NCBI GenBank assembly: GCA_019894955.1
Contig: JAGXNQ010000001.1
Span: 1-53,718 of the forward strand
Reading direction: 5' to 3'
From: Promethearchaeota archaeon
GTDB taxonomy: Archaea; Asgardarchaeota; Lokiarchaeia; Sigyniarchaeales; SOKP01
Length of the DNA stretch: 53,718 nt
A program made the position numbers and the translations under genes. Below the pieces are notes generated by a model, which saw only the letters and a program-made list of their open reading frames with translations, ran no database searches and was not told the DNA's origin. Below, one piece after another: positions 7,768 to 16,491 of the stretch. Within the stretch, counting starts at the first letter, position 1, and every line of letters starts with the position of its first letter.

Positions 7768-8724
7768 TTGAGCAGTAATATGTTAGATAAATTCTCTATT
7801 TCAATACCCGGTCGCATTTGTATCTTAGGTGACAAAGTTGATTTAATGGAGAAACCCGTGATCGCAGCAACGATTAATTTGATGATGAATTTCAATTTTA
7901 TAAAATCTGACAACTCATCTATTACATTTTACAGTCATAACACTAAAGAAAAAATACAATTTCATTTAGGAGATACCCCTCCCCGAAATAATGATCTCTC
8001 CTATTGGAGTGTATTATACAGCCGATTGAAGGAAAAAATTAATACGGGATTTTATCTGGAAGTTAATTCCAATATTCCTATTGGACGGGGTCTAGCAACT
8101 TCTGCCGCTATATCTGTAGGGTTTCTTGGAGTAATGAATAGAGCATATGACTTGAAATTTCAAACTAAGGATATTGCTGAACTTGCTTTCTGGGGAGAAA
8201 ATCAAGAATTAGGAATCCAATGTGGTAGAATGGATCAATATAGCATCGCTTATGGAGGGGTTACATTCATTCAGACAGGTGTTAATCCTAAGGTTGAATT
8301 ATTGAATGTTTCTACAATTCCAATGGTTATTGGAGATTCACTTGAAGACAGGAAAGCAAGTTCTGTACTTAATCGAATTAAATCTCAAATTAAAGAGGAA
8401 GATCCAACTACATTAAAAGCCTTCAGAAATATTGAAGAAGGGGTACAAAAAGGTAAATATGCATTGATTAATCAGGATTTTACACTACTTGGCCATTTAA
8501 TGAATCAACAACAGGAACAGGAACAAAATTTGAAAGCAGATACTGAAAAAATTCAATCTTTATGTGAAGCTTCCAAGCAAGCTGGAGCTCTTGGAGCAAA
8601 ACAAATGGGTGCTGGAGGAGGGGGATGCATGATTGCATTATGTCCGGGAAAACAATCAGAAGTAGCAAAAGCTATAGAAAATGCAGGGGGAAAAGCCTGG
8701 GTTTTTAATATTTTTAATTATTGA
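7768..8724 (+). CDS. GHMP-family kinase (mevalonate-kinase-like / sugar-kinase-like; substrate unresolved)
   Basis: Motif I PGRICILGDKVDLMEKPVIAA, motif II NSNIPIGRGLATSAAISVG and motif III GAKQMGAGGGGCMIAL are all present. Confidence 0.85.
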   Translation: MSSNMLDKFSISIPGRICILGDKVDLMEKPVIAATINLMMNFNFIKSDNSSITFYSHNTKEKIQFHLGDTPPRNNDLSYWSVLYSRLKEKINTGFYLEVNSNIPIGRGLATSAAISVGFLGVMNRAYDLKFQTKDIAELAFWGENQELGIQCGRMDQYSIAYGGVTFIQTGVNPKVELLNVSTIPMVIGDSLEDRKASSVLNRIKSQIKEEDPTTLKAFRNIEEGVQKGKYALINQDFTLLGHLMNQQQEQEQNLKADTEKIQSLCEASKQAGALGAKQMGAGGGGCMIALCPGKQSEVAKAIENAGGKAWVFNIFNY

Positions 8725-8730
8725 ATTATT

Positions 8731-9480
8731 TTGTTAAATGAAATGAAAGCCATTATTTTATGTGCTGGTTATGGAACTCGAATGGAACCATACACGAAGC
8801 GATACCAAAAAGTCATGATTCCAATCCATGGTAAAGCAATTCTTGATTATCTAATCCAATCAATCAAAAAATCTGGAATTTCCGATTTTATTATCGTGGT
8901 CGGTTATAAGAAAGAGCAAATAATGAATCATCTTAAGGACGGAAGAAAGTTTGGTATAAGTGTAGAATATATAACCCAGGAAAAACTTAACGGCACTGGT
9001 GGAGCATTGTTAATATGTGAATCTTATATAAAGGACTCTCATTTTTTCTTGACTTGGGGGGACACTTTGGTTACACCTGGTATTTATAAAGAAGTGGTAA
9101 AACTCAGGGAAATCGAAAATGAGGATTTCATAATGGTTGCAAATCGCGTAGATGATCCTTATAAAGGTGCAGCAATATATCTCGAGGGAAATTATTGTAA
9201 ACAAATTATCGAAAAACCTGCAAGAGGTACATCTGATACTAATCTCAATAACGCAGGAATTTTTATTCTACAGGAAGATATTTTTGACATCTTAAAAACT
9301 CAAAAACCCTCAAAAAGAGGAGAAATAGAAGTCCCAGAGACGATAAGTAATGGAATTAAAAACTTAAATTGGAAAATAAAAGTTGTTCAAATGAGAAAAA
9401 ATGATTTTTATGCTGATTTCGGTGATAAGAAACAATTTGAAAACCTGAAGATTGATAAAAATTGGTTAAAATTATTTTGA
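8731..9480 (+). CDS. Sugar-phosphate nucleotidyltransferase (NTP_transferase fold)
   Basis: The N-terminus contains MKAIILCAGYGTRMEP...KVMIPIHGKAILDYLI (GxGTR motif). The ATG at 8743 is a more likely start than the TTG at 8731. The gene lies 6 nt after the GHMP kinase. Confidence 0.85.
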   Translation: MLNEMKAIILCAGYGTRMEPYTKRYQKVMIPIHGKAILDYLIQSIKKSGISDFIIVVGYKKEQIMNHLKDGRKFGISVEYITQEKLNGTGGALLICESYIKDSHFFLTWGDTLVTPGIYKEVVKLREIENEDFIMVANRVDDPYKGAAIYLEGNYCKQIIEKPARGTSDTNLNNAGIFILQEDIFDILKTQKPSKRGEIEVPETISNGIKNLNWKIKVVQMRKNDFYADFGDKKQFENLKIDKNWLKLF

Positions 9481-9664
9481 ATTTCTAAATTAAACACGAA
9501 TTAATATTCAATTTTAAATTGTCTATAAAGAAAATAATAGATAGATAACTTGTATTATCATAATTTTTTTAAATCGAGACTTTAGTGTTTAATTGGAGTT
9601 TAAATAATTAATTTTGGATAGTAATATAATCCGAATTCAAATTTTAAAAAGATGTTAAAATTAT

Positions 9665-9832
9665 ATGAATGAAGAAATCCTAAGAGCAATAATTGAAGAT
9701 ACAGGATTAACAAGAAAAGAAATTAGAGAGTATGTATCGGGAAAGAAGAGAGAGATCGAGGGAATTACAGAGTTTGGTGCATTGATTATAATGTGTAAGG
9801 AATTATGTGTCGATTTTGCATATCCTCTATGA
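9665..9832 (+). CDS. Possible small ORF (55 aa) MNEEILRAIIEDTGLTRKEIREYVSGKKREIEGITEFGALIIMCKELCVDFAYPL
   Basis: The ORF has ATG and TGA in a 500-nt gap. The sequence resembles the short helical N-terminal module (..GLSxEEI....I.ELxGLISEEGAA.IVAKELGV) found on some archaeal OB-fold/RPA-like proteins, but here it stands alone. Confidence 0.3.
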   Translation: MNEEILRAIIEDTGLTRKEIREYVSGKKREIEGITEFGALIIMCKELCVDFAYPL

Positions 9833-9981
9833 ATAGAATTTTCTCTTTCAGAACAAAAAACTTGAATTTTATTATCAACTTATTTAATTCAGAAATTATA
9901 AATATTGGGAATATTATTAATATTAAAACAATTAATTGAAGTCTTGCTTCTGTAATAAGAGCGTTATAAATGAATTAGGAG

Positions 9982-10716
9982 GTGCCTAAAGTTCTTCATA
10001 ACCTATATCTGATACACCAACATTCGGGAATATGTCTGATCCATCGAAGTTATGGAAATATTGAATTCAACCAAGATTTAGTTTCTGGTTTTTTAACCGC
10101 ACTTAAGGATTTTAGCGTTGAGTTCTCGAAGGGTTCGGGTGAATTAAAAATTATAGATATGCAGGTATTTTACCTGTTATTAGTTTTTAAAGATGGAATT
10201 CTCTGCACGGCTGCTGCAGATAAGAATGATGATGCGAAAATTACACATAAGGCTTTAAGTGATATAATCGAGAGATTCGTGGAAGAATTTGGTGATAAAA
10301 TTGCGAATTGGTCAGGAGATGTTCGAATGTTTAGAGAATTCGAATCAGTCATAGATAATATCTTGCAAAGGGGGAAGATTGCGGAAGTCCCGCTCAAAAT
10401 TCCAATTTTAAAAATATATGAAAAGGATTTTACAAAAAAAAGTAAACAAATCTCTAAGAAAGGTTTAGTTGTTTCAGAAGAAGATTTGCGTACTGTGCAA
10501 GATCAGAAGCCGGAATGGACTTCGAAGCGATTACCTACTCAGGTTATTACACAGGGCTTTTTGGATAAGAATGCCTACAAAATTGCTCATTTAGCAGATG
10601 GATTTCATACAATTTCGGATATAGCGGAGGAAGTAGGTATTCCACAATCGGAGATTGAAGTTATTATTGATGACTTGGATGATTTGGGTTTACTGAAATT
10701 CATTGATATCAAGTGA
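9982..10716 (+). CDS. Longin-like (SNARE-like/roadblock superfamily) domain protein with C-terminal winged-helix
   Basis: GTG start preceded by GGAGGTG. The N-terminal ~125 aa carries a longin-type pattern (LYLIHQHSGICLI...DLVSGFLTALKDFSVEF...FYLLLVFKDGILCTAAADKNDDAKITHKALSDIIERFVEEF). The C-terminus is wHTH-like (ISDIAEEVGIPQSEIEVIIDDLDDLGLLKFI). Confidence 0.6.
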   Translation: MPKVLHNLYLIHQHSGICLIHRSYGNIEFNQDLVSGFLTALKDFSVEFSKGSGELKIIDMQVFYLLLVFKDGILCTAAADKNDDAKITHKALSDIIERFVEEFGDKIANWSGDVRMFREFESVIDNILQRGKIAEVPLKIPILKIYEKDFTKKSKQISKKGLVVSEEDLRTVQDQKPEWTSKRLPTQVITQGFLDKNAYKIAHLADGFHTISDIAEEVGIPQSEIEVIIDDLDDLGLLKFIDIK

Positions 10717-10843
10717 TCACATTTCTTGATTTTCTATTTTTTTGAAGTGATTTGATACAAAATAATCATAAAGTTTAAACAAATCCATAAATAAAATAAA
10801 CTTACAAAATTTTCAAACAAAATTTTATGAATTTAGAACAACT

Positions 10844-12331
10844 TTGAAGAATATGAATATAAAAAAAATCGCGGATAATATATATGAAATTCCCCCTACC
10901 ACTTTAATGGCACGTGTAGAAGGCACGATAAAGAAATTTGAGATGAGGGTTCCAGTTCACGTGTATGCTAATGAATACATTATGGAGAAGATTAAACAAG
11001 ATAGAACCCTGGATCAGATAAGTAATGTTGCGTGTCTTCCAGGCATCAAGAAACATGCTATAGCTCTTTCTGATGCTCATCAAGGTTATGGGTTTTGTAT
11101 AGGGGGGGTTGCTGGAACAGATGCCGAAACAGGCATGATTTCTCCAGGAGGCGTGGGGTATGATATAAATTGTGGTGTAAATTTGTTAAGAACGAATTTA
11201 ATGATAAAAGATGTAAAGAATAAAATTCCAGCATTGTTAGACTTAATATTCAAAAATATTCCTTCAGGATTGGGATCAAAAGGTAAATTAAACATATCTT
11301 ATACAGATTTAGATAATGTATTAAATAATGGGTTAAACTGGGCACTTGATAAAGGCTATGCTTTGGAAGGAGATTTAAAACATTGTGAGGAAAATGGTTT
11401 CTTAAAAGAAGCGAATGCAGATTTAGTTTCAGATAAAGCAAAGCAAAGAGGTATAAAACAGCTCGGTTCATTAGGAAGTGGAAACCATTTTTTAGAAATT
11501 CAAAAAGTAGAAAAAATTTTTAATAAGGAAATAGCAAAAAAATTAGGAATTTTTCAAGAAGATCAAGTCACAGTAATGGTTCATACAGGATCGAGAGCTT
11601 TAGGTCACCAAGTATGTACCGATTCGTTGAGAGCTGTAGAACAAGCCATGAAAAAATACGAGATTAATGTTCCAGATAGAGAACTTGCTTGTGTACCCGC
11701 TAATACAGCAGAAGCTGAGGAATATTTAAGTCGAATGGCATGTGCTGCGAATTTTGGATTTAGTAACAGACAAATAATTACACATTGGCTAAGAGAATCT
11801 TTTCAATCACATTTTAAACTGAGTGCTGATGATTTAGATTTCACTTTGATATATGGTGTTGCTCATAATATTCTTAAGATAGAAGAACATGAAGTAGATG
11901 GCAAGAAGATGAAATTAAATGTACATAGAAAAGGAGCTACACGTGCTTTCCCTCCAGGTCATCCAGAATTACCACAGGATTATCAAGATATTGGACAACC
12001 CGCATTAATCCCGGGTACTATGGGTTCAGCATCATATCTTTGTGTTGGTAGACCAAAAGCGATGGAACTCTCATTTGGATCGACGGCACATGGATCAGGT
12101 CGATTAATGTCTAGATCCAAAGCGAAACGAAAATATCTTCCTAATATTCGGCAATTAACAGATAGTCTTGGAAATAAAGGTATATCGATAAGAGCCGCTT
12201 CGAATGCAGTTGTTGCTGAAGAAGCTCCTGGAGCCTATAAAGATATTGATCAAGTAGTTCAGGTTAGTCATGATCTTGGAATCATTGAGAAGATTGTACG
12301 TTTAGTGCCATTAGGAGTTGTTAAAGGATAA
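10844..12331 (+). CDS. rtcB: RtcB RNA 3'-phosphate/tRNA-splicing ligase
   Basis: Diagnostic blocks are LPGIKKHAIALSDAHQGYGF, GGVGYDINCGV, GSGNHFLE, HTGSRALGHQV and HGSGR. The ATG at 10853 (MNIKKI) is probably the real start rather than the TTG at 10844. Confidence 0.95.
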   Translation: MKNMNIKKIADNIYEIPPTTLMARVEGTIKKFEMRVPVHVYANEYIMEKIKQDRTLDQISNVACLPGIKKHAIALSDAHQGYGFCIGGVAGTDAETGMISPGGVGYDINCGVNLLRTNLMIKDVKNKIPALLDLIFKNIPSGLGSKGKLNISYTDLDNVLNNGLNWALDKGYALEGDLKHCEENGFLKEANADLVSDKAKQRGIKQLGSLGSGNHFLEIQKVEKIFNKEIAKKLGIFQEDQVTVMVHTGSRALGHQVCTDSLRAVEQAMKKYEINVPDRELACVPANTAEAEEYLSRMACAANFGFSNRQIITHWLRESFQSHFKLSADDLDFTLIYGVAHNILKIEEHEVDGKKMKLNVHRKGATRAFPPGHPELPQDYQDIGQPALIPGTMGSASYLCVGRPKAMELSFGSTAHGSGRLMSRSKAKRKYLPNIRQLTDSLGNKGISIRAASNAVVAEEAPGAYKDIDQVVQVSHDLGIIEKIVRLVPLGVVKG

Positions 12332-12769
12332 TCATATATCAAAAACAATATCGATTATGGTTTTTTCATTTTTTTCTTCAATATTCATATATGAGTACGT
12401 GATTGCTTTTACTTCAATCCCGATATCATGACGTAATTTATTAAATTTCTCTCCACTGGCATTCGCTATTAATGTGTATTTATTCTCTATTTTTTTAATT
12501 TTCTCAACGATTATTTGGGAAAATAATAAACCTTCAACATCAAAGATGTATAAAAATTCTGACAAAAAATCAAATAGTAAAGCTTCCTTATCTTCTGATT
12601 TGATTGTAATTTCTTTTTTCTCTAGAATTTGGATTTTTTCCAAATTCGGTGAGATAGTCATCATCAAACTATAGGCAGTTTGTTCAAAAGCTTGTTCGAG
12701 AGAAAACCCATAACAACGAGCTTGAACATCTGCGGTGTGATCTATATACTCAAATCCTGGTATTTTCAC
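12332..12769 (-). CDS. Archease (RtcB activator)
   Basis: The N-terminus FEYIDHTADVQARCYGFSLEQAFEQTAYSLM is the archease signature. The length is 145 aa. The gene is convergent with rtcB and abuts it with no gap. Confidence 0.9.
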   Translation of the reverse strand: MKIPGFEYIDHTADVQARCYGFSLEQAFEQTAYSLMMTISPNLEKIQILEKKEITIKSEDKEALLFDFLSEFLYIFDVEGLLFSQIIVEKIKKIENKYTLIANASGEKFNKLRHDIGIEVKAITYSYMNIEEKNEKTIIDIVFDI

Positions 12770-12886
12770 GTTCTTTTCATTCTCATTATAAATTTATAAA
12801 TTTGAATCTTTAATAATAAAGTATCTCATATTCTTTATTTTTTTCTTAGAGGACTTTAAAATGATTGTTGAAAAAATAACTTATAC

Positions 12887-13399
12887 ATGTTGGATATAAA
12901 TTCTATAGATTCTACGAATTCATTACTAAATCAGAGACTCCACATTAAAAAAAAATATACAAATCAGGAAATACTCCTTCATCATTATTTTTATCAATGC
13001 TGTAAGGTTTATCCTAAAAATATTATCTTAATTAGTAACTTCGTGTTCTTTTTTGTAGATGGTCGGGATTATTTTAATGCAAAGCTCTCGTTACCTCTCA
13101 TGAGAAGACAACTACAAGTTAAGAAGCTACTTATAATTCGAGAAGAAAAAAACCTATTAAGGCTACTATATAATTTCTTTCCTGATCCTTATGTTCATGA
13201 TATAAGTGTACATCGAAATTTTTATTCTGGTAAAATAGAGATAGTAGTTGGTTTTTTAAGTTTTGTGGAACGAGGAATTGCAATCGGTTGTCGGGGAGAA
13301 TATATAAAAGCGGTGAATAAGCTATTTGAAAAGAATGTAAGTTTTGGAGAAAATAAAGGATTTCCAGTTAATATAAAATGTGAAGTTGTGAAGCTTTAA
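12887..13399 (+). CDS. Divergent NusA-like two-KH-domain protein
   Basis: The second half aligns by eye with archaeal NusA: KKLLIIREEKNLLRLLYNFFPDPYVHDISV matches KKVEVIEFSEDPEEFIKNIF.PAKVKSV.I, and ERGIAIGCRGEYIKAVNKLFEK matches DKGIAIGKGGKNIK.AK.L. The first KH domain lacks a GXXG loop. Confidence 0.45.
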   Translation: MLDINSIDSTNSLLNQRLHIKKKYTNQEILLHHYFYQCCKVYPKNIILISNFVFFFVDGRDYFNAKLSLPLMRRQLQVKKLLIIREEKNLLRLLYNFFPDPYVHDISVHRNFYSGKIEIVVGFLSFVERGIAIGCRGEYIKAVNKLFEKNVSFGENKGFPVNIKCEVVKL

Positions 13400-13400
13400 T

Positions 13401-14174
13401 TTACCATGGAACATCTTTCCATCCAACAACGTAGGCGATTGTGTTTGCTATGATGCTTATTGATGGTGTAATTATCATTAAGAATATGATAATGTTCAAA
13501 TCAGGAGCATAATACATCCCGGGAAATATGAAAGCAGGAATTGAAGCAAGAATTATTGCTCCCAAAGCAAAATCTAGTTGATCAACGATCCAAAATGGAG
13601 CTCCACTGGGATAATTAAAACGTCTTTTTATGAAAGAACCTGCTAAATCACCTAAAGATGCTCCATATGAGACTAATATTATCCTTATTAACAACATTAT
13701 AAGCCCAAATGGAGGTGGTCCACCAATGAAGTAAAATTCATATAACATCAAATCAGAATATAGTTTAGATATTCCTAGATCGTTAACGGTAATGGGAATT
13801 AGTTGGATTCCCGACCATAATACGAGAAATAATAAAAAAATACCAATAGAGATAGGTATTCCGATAAAGAGAGGTCCTTTAATTAGTCCATTTACGGTTT
13901 TATGATCCCCTAATATTCTTCTTCCATCTTTACAAAATTTCCCTTTATCAATTGGTTTTCCGCCACCTACGAAAACCATTCCGGCATTAGAAAGGTATGC
14001 AGGAACAATAAATAACATGCTTAAAACCAGAGTTGCCACCCAATCTGCCCATGAAAAAATCTGTGAAATAACTATAAAATCTAAGAAGATCATCAATCCG
14101 CAAGTAAGCGCTAGTATCAATGCGATTCTAATATGTTTCTTTTTTGAAGGATCGTTATTATCGTATTCTGACAT
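13401..14174 (-). CDS. carS: CDP-archaeol synthase (CarS, DUF46 family), longer than usual
   Basis: Polytopic membrane protein carrying PAYLSNAGMVFVGGGKPIDKGKFCKDGRRILGDHKTVNGLIKG, the CarS cytoplasmic-loop signature. At 257 aa it has an N-terminal extension and extra helices. Confidence 0.75.
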   Translation of the reverse strand: MSEYDNNDPSKKKHIRIALILALTCGLMIFLDFIVISQIFSWADWVATLVLSMLFIVPAYLSNAGMVFVGGGKPIDKGKFCKDGRRILGDHKTVNGLIKGPLFIGIPISIGIFLLFLVLWSGIQLIPITVNDLGISKLYSDLMLYEFYFIGGPPPFGLIMLLIRIILVSYGASLGDLAGSFIKRRFNYPSGAPFWIVDQLDFALGAIILASIPAFIFPGMYYAPDLNIIIFLMIITPSISIIANTIAYVVGWKDVPW

Positions 14175-14476
14175 TTTAAAATCAAACTAAATAAGGAAAA
14201 TTAGATTGGATAATTTTTTATTGAAATTAAATTTTAAGTTTTACTTTCCTTTTTAATAGGTGCTTAATAATATTGGTCAACTAATAATGATCTTTTATAT
14301 TCCCGACAATAATATTATATTTTATTGATTAGGTTGTTGCAAAATGGTCTTATTAAATCTTTAATATGATTTCAATAAATAAATTTATATTTATATTATG
14401 CATTGGAAATAATATGATTTCGATTGGAATTTTTTTGCTATTAATCCTACAAATACCCCTTAAAGGAATGATGTGA
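14175..14476. promoter_or_regulatory. Candidate replication-origin / cdc6 promoter region
   Basis: This 302-nt AT-rich gap lies directly 5' of orc1/cdc6. A direct repeat TAATATGATTTC(A/G)AT occurs at 14362-14376 and 14410-14424, flanking a pure A/T stretch at 14377-14399. TTGGAA(A)T motifs (CATTGGAAAT at 14401, GATTGGAAT at 14422, GATTGGATAAT at 14204) resemble the GTGGAAAT core of archaeal mini-ORB elements. Confidence 0.3.
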
Positions 14477-15796
14477 GTGTTGACTAACCCAAATAATAAC
14501 GATAGCTATAATTTTAACATTGATCAATTTTACAAAAAATACATGGATGGTCCTAAAATTTTTAAAAATCGAGAAGCACTAGATCCATCTTTCATACCAG
14601 ATGAATTACCACATAGAGATGCTGAGATTGAACAAATAGCAGGACTCACTGCTTGTGCTTTGAAAGGGGATGTTCCTCCAAATTTCTTATGTTATGGGAT
14701 GACAGGGACTGGTAAAACTGCTACAATAAGATATGTCAGTCAGAAGTTAGCTCAATACTGTGATTCAAATCCCCCTTGGTGGATTTATATCAATTGTAAT
14801 GTTGTTTCAACACCTTATCGAGTTTTAGCACATATTTATAATACTATTTCCGGAAAAGAAAAAATACCTCCTACGGGTTTGCCAAAAGATATCATTTTTA
14901 AGAAGTTATTAGGATTACTCGATTTATATATAAAAACAAATGTGTGTTTTCTTGTTTTAGACGAAATTGATATTCTTATTGAAAAAAAGGGAGGAAACGA
15001 AATTCTTTATGATCTAACCAGACTAAATGAAAATTTAGATGTCTGTAGAGCTAATGTCATTGGTATTTCAAATAAATTGAAATTTAAAGAATTTTTAGAT
15101 CCTCGAGTAAAATCTAGTTTGGGACAAGAAGAATTGGTTTTTCATCCATATAATGCAAATGAATTATCAGATATTCTTGAGAAACGAGCAAAAGTTGCAT
15201 TTCAAGAGGGTGTTATTAATGAAGGAGTAATAAAATTATGTGCAGGGTTAGCTGCTAAGGAACACGGTGATTCTCGTAAAGCCCTTCAATTGTTAAGAAA
15301 AGCTGGAGAGCATTCAGAGAGAAATCAGAGAGCATTCATCTCTGAATCGGATGTAAATAAAGCTCAACAAGATATAGAGAAAGATCATGTAGTTGAATAC
15401 ATATTAGGGATGCCGTTACAGTCTCAATTAACACTCACTGCTATTTACTTAATGAGAAAGTTTTCAAAGGAAAATATAATCACTTCAGGAGATATATATG
15501 AAATACACTTAGAACTTGCAAATAAGCTAACAAATACAAAATTATTAACTAAACGAAGAATATCAGATTATATAAATGAACTTGCTTTAGCGGGTATTAT
15601 AACAGCCAATACAAGATCATTGGGGCACTATGGGAGAACTAAAATTATCACATTAGACATTGATATATCATTGATTGAAAAAGTATTATCTCAAGTAAAA
15701 CACATATCAATGGCTGATTTATTGAATTATAAACCCTTATTATTGCAAACAGATAAAGTGAAAATCAAAAATAACGTTTTTAAAAAGTTACTTTAA
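14477..15796 (+). CDS. cdc6: Orc1/Cdc6 replication initiator
   Basis: Walker A (YGMTGTGKTATIRYV), Walker B (FLVLDEIDIL), sensor regions and a C-terminal winged helix are present. The start is GTG or TTG. Confidence 0.95.
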   Translation: MLTNPNNNDSYNFNIDQFYKKYMDGPKIFKNREALDPSFIPDELPHRDAEIEQIAGLTACALKGDVPPNFLCYGMTGTGKTATIRYVSQKLAQYCDSNPPWWIYINCNVVSTPYRVLAHIYNTISGKEKIPPTGLPKDIIFKKLLGLLDLYIKTNVCFLVLDEIDILIEKKGGNEILYDLTRLNENLDVCRANVIGISNKLKFKEFLDPRVKSSLGQEELVFHPYNANELSDILEKRAKVAFQEGVINEGVIKLCAGLAAKEHGDSRKALQLLRKAGEHSERNQRAFISESDVNKAQQDIEKDHVVEYILGMPLQSQLTLTAIYLMRKFSKENIITSGDIYEIHLELANKLTNTKLLTKRRISDYINELALAGIITANTRSLGHYGRTKIITLDIDISLIEKVLSQVKHISMADLLNYKPLLLQTDKVKIKNNVFKKLL

Positions 15797-16479
15797 CCTT
15801 CAAATTCCCAATCATTGATGTTATCTCCAATTTCTTTTAGGAAATAAGTAGCTGAAGTTTCATCTTGTTCTTTTAACAGAAAAAACATTTTAGCTAAATG
15901 TTTACAAAATTTTTTCGATTTGGATTTTTTTGTTTGAAAATCAGAACAATCATGTTTTAATATTTTTAGATCAATATTTATCTCAATTTTATAATTATTT
16001 TCTTGGGATCCTTTTACAGTAGCTTTAAGAATTCCCGTTTTTTCATCAAATTTGAGAAAATTTATATCAGATTTTAAAATAGAAGCTGATCTTCCCGCTG
16101 TAGCCTCATCAACGAATATTTTAAATAGGTTTTTGAATTGATTAGAATTTTTTATTAAATTTCCTTTTTCAGTCCTTAAATCTTTAATCATTCTAGAGGA
16201 AGACAATTTCTCAGATATTTCATTCTTTCTTTTTAATTGCCACATTGATAATTCTTGATTTAGTTCCTTTGACAATTTGAGATTACCATTATCTAACGTT
16301 AAATATTTTTGAGAAATTGCAGTTTCAACAAAATTCTTAGCTTCTTTAGGATCGTATAAAAATAAATCAAATGAAAGTCTATAAAGAAGATCATTTGATG
16401 ATATTGAAGATAATCCAATGATTTTCCAAATATATAGTACCATATCTGAAAGTTCTTTACGGGGAATTGTTAAATCCAT
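15793..16479 (-). CDS. Hypothetical protein co-transcribed with PolD DP1: N-terminal winged-helix-like module, C-terminal SWIM-like Zn motif
   Basis: The gene starts 12 nt after the DP1 stop on the same strand. The N-terminus is ELSDMVLYIWKIIGLSSISSNDLLYRLSFDLFLYDPKEAKNFVETAISQKYLTL. The C-terminus KILKHDCSDFQTKKSKSKKFCKHLAKMF has an H-x-C...C-x-H arrangement. Confidence 0.55.
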   Translation of the reverse strand: MDLTIPRKELSDMVLYIWKIIGLSSISSNDLLYRLSFDLFLYDPKEAKNFVETAISQKYLTLDNGNLKLSKELNQELSMWQLKRKNEISEKLSSSRMIKDLRTEKGNLIKNSNQFKNLFKIFVDEATAGRSASILKSDINFLKFDEKTGILKATVKGSQENNYKIEINIDLKILKHDCSDFQTKKSKSKKFCKHLAKMFFLLKEQDETSATYFLKEIGDNINDWEFEG

Positions 16480-16491
16480 AATAATTCATAT

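Noticed and set aside
14461-14480. AATGATGTGA resembling a C box (RUGAUGA) of a C/D sRNA
   Set aside because: It is not an exact C box. No matching D box (CUGA), terminal stem or C'/D' pair lies at a suitable distance. It overlaps the cdc6 start region.
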